This document shows positions 1-7,722 of a stretch of 32,000 nucleotides of DNA, piece by piece. How positions within the stretch are numbered: position 1 is the first letter of the stretch; each line of letters begins with the position of its first letter. The notes below the pieces were generated by a model. That model was not told the DNA's origin. It saw only the letters and a program-made list of their open reading frames with translations, and searched no databases. A program made the position numbers and the translations under genes. Source of the stretch: an archaeon (GTDB taxonomy: Archaea > Iainarchaeota > Iainarchaeia > Iainarchaeales > CSSED10-239); contig DAOMZT010000003.1 in the NCBI GenBank assembly GCA_035400625.1, positions 30,001-62,000 on the forward strand, given 5' to 3'.

Positions 1-1569
1 GCTAAAAAATATAATTTTGAATTAAGCATTCCAGGACTATTATTCATAGACACACCAGGACATAATGCCTTTGATAATCTAAGAGAGCGAGGCGGAAGTC
101 TTGCAGACCTAGTAGTAATAGTAATGGATATCAACAAAGGCTTACAAGTGCAGGATATTGAAACACTCAATATTCTAAAGATGTATAAGGTTCCTTTTTT
201 AGTTGTGGCTAACAAGTTAGATTTGGTTCATGGCTGGTGTCAAGAAGGAAAAGACATTTCAAACAACCTTACAACACAATCAAAACAAATAGAAGAAAAG
301 ATCGATGAATTAATCTACAGAATTGTTGGACAGCTATATGATAAAGGCTTTCAAGCAGAAAGGTTTGATAGAGTAACTGACTTTACAAAACAGATTGCAA
401 TAATTCCTGGATCGTGTGTTAATGGCTGGGGACTAGCAGAAACAGTTTTGTTTTTATCGGTTTTAAGTCAAAAATTTCTAGGAAAAAAAATAACAATTGA
501 TGAAAACGATCATATGCACGGGGCTGTTCTTGAGGTTGGCGAGCTTAAAGGAATGGGCTCGACTGCTGATGTTATTGTTTATCAAGGCAGTCTAAAGCTA
601 AAGGATGAAATTGTTTTTCCAACAAGATTTGGTTTACAAAACTCAAAAGTAAAGGCGATATTAAAACCAAACTTCATGACTGCAGTTGATAAGAAAGGAA
701 GTTTTGAAAACATTTCTGTGATTCATGCAGCTTCGGGAATAAAGGTTGTGGCTCCAGGAATTGATGCTTGTCTACCAGGTGCAGTAATTATCTCTGCAAA
801 TGATAAAGAAGCAATAGAGAGGCTAAAAACAAAATCATATAATTGTTTTATTAATAGCCCAGAAGGGGCGTTTATTAAAGCAGACACTCTTGGCTCTCTT
901 GAGGCTCTACATAAGCTATTAGAAAAGGAATGTATAAAAATAGCAAGCTCAGATATAGGTGAATTCACAAACAAAGACCTAACAGAATTGAAAATATTAA
1001 ACGAAAAAGACAAGATCCAAGGAGTTCTTTTCTTGTTTAATGTTAAAATCAGTCAAGAGTTTGAAGATGAGATAAATAAGTTAAAAATCCCTATATTTAA
1101 AAATAATATTATATATAAATTAATTGAAGATTATCAAGAATGGCTAAGCAAAACAAAAAAAACAGAGCATGATAAATTATTAAAGGAAATAATATATCCT
1201 TGTAAATTTAAGGTGCTTCCAAACTTTATATTTAGAAGTAGTAAGCCAGCAGTTGTTGGCGTAAGAATATTAGAGGGCAGGTTGATTTCTGGAGCAGTAG
1301 TTAGTTTAAATGGTAAAAAGATAGGGACAATAGAAGGCATACAATCAGAAGGAAAAGAAATAGAGATTGCTCAAAAAGATATGGAAGTGGCAGTGTCAAT
1401 TGCTGACGCCACCTATCTTAAAGACTTTAAGGAAGGAGATGTTCTTGAAATTTCTCTTAACCTTGATATGATTAGTAAGCTAGAGGCTCTGGAAGGAGAA
1501 TTAAGCCCAGAAGAACAAACAATGATAGAAGTTATTAAAAATGAAATTTATAAAAAACAAAATCAATGA
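1..1569 (+). CDS. infB: translation initiation factor aIF5B (IF-2 family GTPase), 5'-truncated by the window edge
   Basis: Frame 1 is open from base 1. Translation gives LLFIDTPGHNAF (G3 DxxG) and VVANKLDL (G4 NKxD), followed by aIF5B-like domains II-IV. TGA at 1567-1569. Lies upstream of S6e/aIF2-gamma. Confidence 0.9.
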   Translation, partial: AKKYNFELSIPGLLFIDTPGHNAFDNLRERGGSLADLVVIVMDINKGLQVQDIETLNILKMYKVPFLVVANKLDLVHGWCQEGKDISNNLTTQSKQIEEKIDELIYRIVGQLYDKGFQAERFDRVTDFTKQIAIIPGSCVNGWGLAETVLFLSVLSQKFLGKKITIDENDHMHGAVLEVGELKGMGSTADVIVYQGSLKLKDEIVFPTRFGLQNSKVKAILKPNFMTAVDKKGSFENISVIHAASGIKVVAPGIDACLPGAVIISANDKEAIERLKTKSYNCFINSPEGAFIKADTLGSLEALHKLLEKECIKIASSDIGEFTNKDLTELKILNEKDKIQGVLFLFNVKISQEFEDEINKLKIPIFKNNIIYKLIEDYQEWLSKTKKTEHDKLLKEIIYPCKFKVLPNFIFRSSKPAVVGVRILEGRLISGAVVSLNGKKIGTIEGIQSEGKEIEIAQKDMEVAVSIADATYLKDFKEGDVLEISLNLDMISKLEALEGELSPEEQTMIEVIKNEIYKKQNQ

Positions 1570-1587
1570 AAAAGAGGTGTATGAATT

Positions 1588-1998
1588 TTGAGATTAATAT
1601 TATCAGATCCAAAAACAAAAAAAAGTTATAATGCAGAAGCAGATGAAAAGACAAAGCTTCATTTGCTTGGAAAGAAAATCAACGATGAGGTTGATTTATC
1701 AAATATCGCTCCTGGTTTAAAAGGAAAAATAACAGGTGGCTCAGATAAGCAGGGCTTTCCAATGCACATAAAACTTGACTCTGAAGTTTCTAAAAAGATT
1801 CTAACTAAAAAAGGCACAGGCTTTAAATCAAAAAGGCCAGGTGAGAGAAAAAGAGTAAGAGTTGCTGGAAGAGTTGTAGTTGCTGGCACTGCCCAAGTAA
1901 ATATTAAATTAACAGAAGGAGACACAACAGGCTTTTCTGAAAGATTCCCAAAGCAAAAGAAAGAAGAATCTGGCACAAAGAAAAAGAAGAAGAAATAA
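1588..1998 (+). CDS. rps6e: 30S ribosomal protein S6e
   Basis: TTG start 8 nt after a GAGGTG SD (1574-1579). GKITGGSDKQGFPM and RKRVRVAGR segments are typical of S6e. Lys-rich C-terminal tail. Confidence 0.9.
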   Translation: MRLILSDPKTKKSYNAEADEKTKLHLLGKKINDEVDLSNIAPGLKGKITGGSDKQGFPMHIKLDSEVSKKILTKKGTGFKSKRPGERKRVRVAGRVVVAGTAQVNIKLTEGDTTGFSERFPKQKKEESGTKKKKKK

Positions 1999-2012
1999 AG
2001 TGAAATAAAAAA

Positions 2013-3206
2013 ATGGAAAAAACACAATCAGTTCTTAATATTGGAGTGGTAGGACATGTTGACCACGGAAAGACAACATTAACCTCAAAGATAACTGGAA
2101 CTTGGACAAATAAGCATTCTGATGAAATCAAGCAAGGAATATCTATTAAGCTAGGGTATGCAGATGCTTGTTTTTATAAATGTAAAACTTGTCAAGGCTT
2201 GCAAGCATATGGTGCAACAAATAAATGTCATCTTTGTGGTGGTCAAAGAGAACTTATAAGAAAAGTTTCTTTTGTTGATGCCCCTGGTCACGAGACATTG
2301 ATGGCGGTAATGCTATCTGGTGCAACATTACTAAATGGTGCAATACTTGTTGTTGCTGCTAATGAAGATTGTCCTCAGCCAAGAACTGTTGAACATTTTT
2401 CTGCATTAAAGATGCATGGCATAAAAAACATGGTTGTTGCTCAAAACAAAATTGATTTAGTTACAAAAGAAGAGGCACAAGAAAATTATAAAAAGATTAG
2501 AAAATTTTTAGATGATGAAGGTTATTCTCATGTTCCAATCATACCCACCTCTGCTCATTTTGATGCTAACATTGATGCATTAGTTTATGCATTAATAACA
2601 GCAATTCCTGTTCCTGAGTCAGATACAAAATCAGCACCATTAAAAATGAGAATTGTTAGATCCTTTGATATTAATAAACCAGGATATCCAATAGAGAAGA
2701 TAAGAGGGGGGGTTCTTGGTGGCGCAATTATGCAAGGAACCTTATCTGAAAAACAAAAGGTTTGGTTATATCCAGGAATTAACAAGCCAATTGAAATCAC
2801 AATAGAATCATTAAATTCTAACGGTATACCTTTTAAGCAAGTTCATGCAGGAGGGTTGATTGCTGTTGGAACAGATCTTGACCCATTCTATGTCGCAGGA
2901 GACAAGATGATTGGGCAATTGATATGTGATGAAAAATCTAAGCCGTTAATGGGCCAAGAATTAGAATTAAAATACACAAAAATAGAAAGACTATTGGACT
3001 CAAATAAAGACGGTATAAAGCTTGGAGAAAATGTGGTATTAATTATTGGCACAGCAGCACATTTAGGAAACATAAAGAAGATAAAAGGAGATATAGTAAA
3101 TATTTCTTTAAAGAATGTAGCAGTATATTACAAAAATGAAACAATAGCAATTAGTAGATTGGTTTCGGGGCGTTGGAGATTATCAGGTTATGCGCAAATC
3201 AGATAG
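2013..3206 (+). CDS. eif2g: translation initiation factor aIF2 gamma subunit
   Basis: GHVDHGKTTL (G1), DAPGH (G3), QNKIDL (G4), plus the CKTC...CHLCGG zinc-knuckle insert characteristic of e/aIF2-gamma. Confidence 0.95.
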   Translation: MEKTQSVLNIGVVGHVDHGKTTLTSKITGTWTNKHSDEIKQGISIKLGYADACFYKCKTCQGLQAYGATNKCHLCGGQRELIRKVSFVDAPGHETLMAVMLSGATLLNGAILVVAANEDCPQPRTVEHFSALKMHGIKNMVVAQNKIDLVTKEEAQENYKKIRKFLDDEGYSHVPIIPTSAHFDANIDALVYALITAIPVPESDTKSAPLKMRIVRSFDINKPGYPIEKIRGGVLGGAIMQGTLSEKQKVWLYPGINKPIEITIESLNSNGIPFKQVHAGGLIAVGTDLDPFYVAGDKMIGQLICDEKSKPLMGQELELKYTKIERLLDSNKDGIKLGENVVLIIGTAAHLGNIKKIKGDIVNISLKNVAVYYKNETIAISRLVSGRWRLSGYAQIR

Positions 3207-3597
3207 GGTAGCAAATGTTATTATTGATACAAATGTATTCATATACATGTATGAACTTAAAAAAGACATCTTTGAGTTTGCTTTAACAGTTTTACCAAAT
3301 GCAAAGTTTTTTGTGCTTTCTGAATCTTTTAAAGAAATAGAAAAAGTGTTTAGCAAAAAGCCAAGAAAGCTTTTGAATCTAAAAAGGTACATAGAAAAAT
3401 TAAAAGAATTAAATAAATTTGAGATTTTAGAGGTTGATAAAAGTTTGTTAGAAAAATATAAAAAAGTGGATAATTTATTAATATATTTTAGCAATAAATA
3501 CATAATATACACAAACGATAAAATTTTAAAATCAAAAATAAAGAAAAAAGGAAATAGAGTTTTAACATTAAGATTACATGATGTTTTTTTAAATTAA
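3190..3597 (+). CDS. PIN-domain protein (Fcf1/Utp24-like archaeal PIN nuclease)
   Basis: Overlaps the aIF2-gamma stop by 17 nt. Has N-terminal IIDTNVFIY and C-terminal IIYTNDK acidic PIN motifs. Sits in the conserved slot between aIF2-gamma and rpoE' seen in archaea. Confidence 0.75.
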   Translation: MRKSDRVANVIIDTNVFIYMYELKKDIFEFALTVLPNAKFFVLSESFKEIEKVFSKKPRKLLNLKRYIEKLKELNKFEILEVDKSLLEKYKKVDNLLIYFSNKYIIYTNDKILKSKIKKKGNRVLTLRLHDVFLN

Positions 3598-3611
3598 AGG
3601 AGATAGATAAA

Positions 3612-4238
3612 ATGGGCTATAAAAAATACACAATAGAGGGGATAGTTAGTATTGCTCCGCAGAGATTATCTGGAGAGCTAAAAGACATAATTCTTGATCA
3701 ATTATGTAATGATTATGAAGGGGTAATTGACAAAAATATTGGAGTAATTGTTGCAGTAACTGATGTAATATCTCATGATATCGGAGAGATTGTTCCTGCA
3801 GACCCTAATGTGTTTTTTAAAGTTAAGTTTTCAGTTGTAAGTTATCTTCCAAAGCTACATGAGATAGTTTCTGGTAATGTTTCTCAAGCAACAGACTTTG
3901 GGGCGTTTATCAAGATGGGTCCATTTGAAGGTCTTTGTCATGTTTCTCAGGTTATGGAGGATTTCAATTCTTATAATGCTGAGCTTCCAGGCTTTAATGG
4001 CAAAGAAAGTAAGCAAACACTTGTTGTTGGCGATGAGGTCATAGCAAGAGTTGCTAATGTTAGTTTAAAGCCAAGTATTGCAGACACAAAGATAGGATTA
4101 ACCATGAGACAATTTGGGCTTGGCAAAGCAGAATGGCAAAAAGTAGAAAAGAAAAAAGAAAAAGCAGTTAAGAAAACAACAAAAAAAGGAAAAGAAGACA
4201 AAGCAGATAATAAATCAAGATCAAAGAAAAAGAAGTGA
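3612..4238 (+). CDS. rpo7: DNA-directed RNA polymerase subunit E' (Rpo7) with Lys-rich C-terminal tail
   Basis: AGGAG SD upstream. Rpb7-like N-domain followed by an S1 domain (GNVSQATDFGAFIKMGPFEGLCHVSQV). About 35 aa of K-rich tail. Followed by spt4. Confidence 0.9.
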   Translation: MGYKKYTIEGIVSIAPQRLSGELKDIILDQLCNDYEGVIDKNIGVIVAVTDVISHDIGEIVPADPNVFFKVKFSVVSYLPKLHEIVSGNVSQATDFGAFIKMGPFEGLCHVSQVMEDFNSYNAELPGFNGKESKQTLVVGDEVIARVANVSLKPSIADTKIGLTMRQFGLGKAEWQKVEKKKEKAVKKTTKKGKEDKADNKSRSKKKK

Positions 4239-4244
4239 TAATTT

Positions 4245-4463
4245 ATGGTATATAAAGCATGTAGAAAATGTAGAAAAATTGTAGAAGACAATGTCGCAGA
4301 TGAAGATAAATCTTCAATTAAGGAATGTCCTGTTTGTGGGAATACTACGTTTACAACTTTCTGGAAGGGAAATGCCTTAATTGTTGATCCTGAAATTTCA
4401 GATATAGCAAAAGCAATGGAAGTAAAGACCCCAGGCAGATATGCATTAAGATTAAGTAGATAA
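4245..4463 (+). CDS. spt4: transcription elongation factor Spt4 (RpoE'')
   Basis: CRKC...CPVCG zinc ribbon, a C-terminal GRYALRL segment, and a conserved position after rpoE'. Confidence 0.9.
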   Translation: MVYKACRKCRKIVEDNVADEDKSSIKECPVCGNTTFTTFWKGNALIVDPEISDIAKAMEVKTPGRYALRLSR

Positions 4464-4476
4464 AAAGGAGATTAAT

Positions 4477-4815
4477 ATGAATATAGAAATTGAAAAACAA
4501 AGAAACGAGTTATTGCATAGAACTGCAATAATTGCCAAAATAAAAGGAGCAAAAACACCAGGCAGAAAAGAACTTTTAAAAAAGGTTTCAGCAATGCTTG
4601 GAGCTGATGAAAAGCTTTTGGTTGTTGATAAGATATCTCAAGAGTTCGGTAAGCAATCAGCAATAGCTTATCTAAAGCTTTATGATAATGCAAAAGTCCT
4701 AAAGGAACTAGAATTAAATCACAAGATCAAAAGAACTGGAGATCTTGAAGAAAAAAAGGTAGTTAAGAAAGAAGAAGCTACTGATGAGAAAAATGAAGAA
4801 AAAGAAAAGGAGTGA
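4477..4815 (+). CDS. rps24e: 30S ribosomal protein S24e
   Basis: AGGAG SD. NELLHRTAIIAKI...TPGRKELLKKVSAMLGAD...FGKQSAIAYLKLYD matches the S24e family. Acidic/Lys C-terminal extension. Confidence 0.9.
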   Translation: MNIEIEKQRNELLHRTAIIAKIKGAKTPGRKELLKKVSAMLGADEKLLVVDKISQEFGKQSAIAYLKLYDNAKVLKELELNHKIKRTGDLEEKKVVKKEEATDEKNEEKEKE

Positions 4816-4821
4816 TATTAA

Positions 4822-5046
4822 ATGGCAAAAAAGAAAGGCGGCGGAGTAAAGAAAGGAAAGACAAAACACAAGCCAACAGTTAATGTTAAGGTAAGCAAGT
4901 TCTATAGCGTTTCCGGTGACTCTGTTGAGAGAAAAGGAAAGGACTGTCCTAAGTGCGGAACTGGCGTAAAAATGGGCCTTCACAAGTCAAAAGAAGGAAA
5001 AACAAGATATGCTTGTGGCAAATGCGGAATGAATGTTTTTGACTAA
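4822..5046 (+). CDS. rps27ae: 30S ribosomal protein S27ae
   Basis: AGGAGTGA SD. CPKCG...CGKCG zinc ribbon. Typical S24e-S27ae adjacency. Confidence 0.9.
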   Translation: MAKKKGGGVKKGKTKHKPTVNVKVSKFYSVSGDSVERKGKDCPKCGTGVKMGLHKSKEGKTRYACGKCGMNVFD

Positions 5047-5067
5047 AATAGTTTCTTTTGATAAATT

Positions 5068-5607
5068 ATGTTATTTATTGCTGAAGAATTTATTTTAGAT
5101 ATTTTTCTATTTTTCATACCTTTTTATTTTATATTTTTATTTAATAGAGCAAATAGCTTTGCTCAGGTTTTTAGATTACAAGGTTTAAAAAAAATTTCTT
5201 TTAAAGAGTTTTTTAAAAAAACAATAATAATTTTTCTTTTGCTTTTTGTTTTAAGCTATACACTTAGTTTCTTTTCTGTGCTTTTTAAGGTTTCAGATCT
5301 TAATCTTGTAAGTGAAGAGATTTTAAGGTATTCGCCTATTGCTATTGTTTATCTTTTCTTGGTAAGGGTGTTTTTAGAAGAGTGGTTTTTTAGGGGTTTT
5401 TTAACCCCAAGGCTTGGTGTTATTTTATCTAGTGCTTTGTTTGCTATTGGGCATATTGCTTATGGTTCTATTATAGAAATAATTGGTGCCTTTGTGTTAG
5501 GTGTTTTTCTTTCAAGCACATATAAAAAATATAATAATCTTTGGCCAAATGTTTTTGCACATATTATTTATAATCTTGTAATATATCTTTTTCTTGTTTT
5601 TTTCTAG
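5068..5607 (+). CDS. CPBP family intramembrane glutamic endopeptidase (CAAX protease-like)
   Basis: Multi-TM protein with the EEWFFRGF motif (EExxxR) and downstream FAIGH and FAHIIYN His motifs of the CPBP/Abi family. Confidence 0.8.
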   Translation: MLFIAEEFILDIFLFFIPFYFIFLFNRANSFAQVFRLQGLKKISFKEFFKKTIIIFLLLFVLSYTLSFFSVLFKVSDLNLVSEEILRYSPIAIVYLFLVRVFLEEWFFRGFLTPRLGVILSSALFAIGHIAYGSIIEIIGAFVLGVFLSSTYKKYNNLWPNVFAHIIYNLVIYLFLVFF

Positions 5608-5789
5608 TTTAATTTTAACTTGATGGAGTTAAAGGTAACTTCTTGTAGTTAATTTTTCACTATGTGCTTTAAGAGAGGGTTATTAAGGGTCTCTCAAAAG
5701 TTGGTACATCTTAAAGTACATTTGTGTTATAAATGTTACATAAAATCAAGGATAGTATATATATACTGATGAACACACATATATTTTGG

Positions 5790-6000
5790 AATTTGATAAT
5801 ACAAAAAATCCAAGTGTTTTTAGATAACTAGACACGGAGCAAAAAGGATTAAACGGTATCTTCCAGGGGGGGTCGAATAAGATTGCTGAATGAAGAATTA
5901 ACCCTGAAAGAAAACTCAGGGTCGGTATAGGCAAGAGAAATATGCTATTACCTGGCTTGAAGGTCGAAACAGAATATTAGTGTGGTTTTCTCTTGTCTTA
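5790..6000. ncRNA. candidate structured non-coding RNA, class and strand unresolved
   Basis: The 456-nt gap (5608-6063) is unusually long for this compact window. Positions about 5830-5995 are visibly GC-enriched, as the tRNAs are. There is a 7-bp hairpin (5901-5907/5916-5922) and an 11-bp stem with one G-U (5930-5940/5987-5997). GGTCG occurs three times. No convincing ORF or SD. Confidence 0.35.
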
Positions 6001-6072
6001 AACTATTTCTCTCAAAATCAAAACATTTAAAAACATCTTTGCAGTTATTATCTTTAGTGTAAGGTGATTTTT

Positions 6073-6897
6073 TTGGTTAAAGCAAAAACAACAAAAAAAG
6101 TTTCAAAATTAGAAGTTAAGAAGAAAGCTAAAGCAAAATCAAAGCCAAAGCCACATAAAGATGCGCACACTTATTTTTCAACAACCAAAATTAGTTACCC
6201 AAGCGAGTTTAATAAGTTTGATTTGCACATACATTCAAAGTTTTCACCAGATGCAGTAAGTGAACCAGAAACAATTGTAAAAAGAGCAAAAATTGCAGGT
6301 CTTAAGGGCTTTGCAATAACAGATCATAACACAATAAGGGCTTGGCCAGAGCTTGCAAGACTAGCAAAGCAAAATGATCTTGTTTTTGTGCCTGGCCAAG
6401 AGATTGATGTTACTTTTAAAGGTAAAAGATTAGGGCACATCTTAGCATTATTTACTTATGATAAGATATCTTCTACAGACATATTTGATGTTGTTGATGA
6501 TGCAAGATCGCAATCTGCCCTTCTTTCCTTCCCTCACCCTTTTGATACTGGCAGATATTTTAAGGGCTTTGATTATTTAATGAATAATGGACCAATCTCA
6601 AGGTTTGTTCCTGCAATGGAGACATTTAATTCAAGAGTATTAACAAGTAGAGCAAACGAGATAGCAAAAGAATTTGCACAAAAGCACGGTCTTATACAAA
6701 CAGCAGGCTCTGATGCACATATGCCTTACGAGATAGGTAATGGCTATCTAATAGCAAAAGCACAAACAGAATTAGAACTTTTAAAAGAAATAAAGCTTGG
6801 CAGAGTTGTTGTTAATGGAGAACTTGCAGGGCTAGTTCCAAAGATTCACACACTTGGTGCATATCTAAAGATAGTAAAGGATAAGAATTTCAAATAG
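6073..6897 (+). CDS. PHP-domain metal-dependent phosphoesterase
   Basis: FDLHIHSKFSPD, AITDHNT and GSDAH motifs of the PHP fold. Lys-rich N-terminal extension. The TTG at 6073 sits 5 nt after an AAGGTGA SD. The track start (GTG 6064) lies inside that SD and is the alternative. Confidence 0.8.
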   Translation: MVKAKTTKKVSKLEVKKKAKAKSKPKPHKDAHTYFSTTKISYPSEFNKFDLHIHSKFSPDAVSEPETIVKRAKIAGLKGFAITDHNTIRAWPELARLAKQNDLVFVPGQEIDVTFKGKRLGHILALFTYDKISSTDIFDVVDDARSQSALLSFPHPFDTGRYFKGFDYLMNNGPISRFVPAMETFNSRVLTSRANEIAKEFAQKHGLIQTAGSDAHMPYEIGNGYLIAKAQTELELLKEIKLGRVVVNGELAGLVPKIHTLGAYLKIVKDKNFK

Positions 6898-7615
6898 TTA
6901 GTATTTTTTTAATATCTATTTCTTTATTTAGATTATTGATGATCCCGTCAAGGTGCCCAGCACCTACAACAACAACTATGTTTTCTTCAGGGATCTTTTG
7001 AAGATTATAAGCAATAAACTCGTCTCTTTCATCAACAAGTATTTCTTTTAGTTTCTTGTGTCTTTTTGTAAATAATTTCATTATTTCTTCAATAATTTCG
7101 GATTTTTCTTCTTCTGTTTCTACTTCTGACATCAGTTTGTTTATGTCTATTTTTTTAAGTTCTTTTTTTGGAATAAATAGGCCACCAAACAAGAGATTCA
7201 TTTTTTCTTTGAAGGTTAATCTTTTAAGTAGCTTTGAAAGAGTTATGTTAATGTCTCTATCCACAAGATATACCCTTGCACCAACAACTTTTGCTCCAGA
7301 GATTGCAGAAAGCATTTCTTCTCCTGGAGTGATATTGTATTTTTTAGCTATCTTTTTTTGTAGCCCGCCAAGTATGTAGCTTAGAAGAAAAACAGACTTG
7401 TGTTTTGTTTTAAAGATGTTTGAAAATTTAGGCTTTTTATTTTGTTCTTCTGGGTTCATTAGTGCATAAAGCCTATTGGCATCAAGTTCAACACAAACAG
7501 CAGTTGGTTTTTTGTCTAAGATAATCTCTTTAACCTGATCTCTGTTCTTTGCAGAAATATGTGCTGTGCCAATGATTGTGATGTGCTTATTATTAAAATC
7601 TAATTCTTTAATCAT
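6890..7615 (-). CDS. TraB/PrgY (GumN-like) family protein
   Basis: ITIIGTAHIS...VCVELD near the N-terminus and VVVVGAGHLDG near the C-terminus are typical of the TraB family. Overlaps the PHP gene 3' end by 8 nt in convergent orientation. Confidence 0.75.
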   Translation of the reverse strand: MIKELDFNNKHITIIGTAHISAKNRDQVKEIILDKKPTAVCVELDANRLYALMNPEEQNKKPKFSNIFKTKHKSVFLLSYILGGLQKKIAKKYNITPGEEMLSAISGAKVVGARVYLVDRDINITLSKLLKRLTFKEKMNLLFGGLFIPKKELKKIDINKLMSEVETEEEKSEIIEEIMKLFTKRHKKLKEILVDERDEFIAYNLQKIPEENIVVVVGAGHLDGIINNLNKEIDIKKILTI

Positions 7616-7722
7616 ATTCTTTTCAAAAATATATAAAAGGCAAACATTTTAAATATATAATATATTATATTTATAGTAACAAAATATTAAAATCAAAAAA
7701 TAGAGAAATGTGGTGTAAATAG

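Noticed and set aside
723-4291. Antisense and alternative-frame ORFs from the track lying inside the aIF5B, S6e, aIF2-gamma, PIN and Rpo7 genes (for example 723-1013, 1134-1340, 1659-2027, 1904-2131, 2585-2800, 2888-3073, 3183-3512 and 3971-4291, all minus strand).
   Set aside because: Each is fully embedded opposite a gene with strong family motifs. Their translations are low-complexity F/L/S/I-rich mirror images typical of shadow ORFs in AT-rich DNA, and none has an SD. The same reasoning applies to the other embedded track ORFs further along: 4472-4693, 4714-4983, 7056-7379, 7671-8305, 9789-10421, 11512-11989, 12425-12860, 14531-14971, 16185-16460, 16782-16985, 17246-17449, 18096-19109, 21228-21431, 22065-24684, 24793-25089, 28720-28998, 29376-30034 and 31208-31444.
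5746-5934. A 62-aa minus-strand ORF in the long gap between the CPBP protease and the PHP gene.
   Set aside because: It has no SD and an implausible composition. It overlaps the GC-enriched hairpin region, which is better explained as structured RNA.
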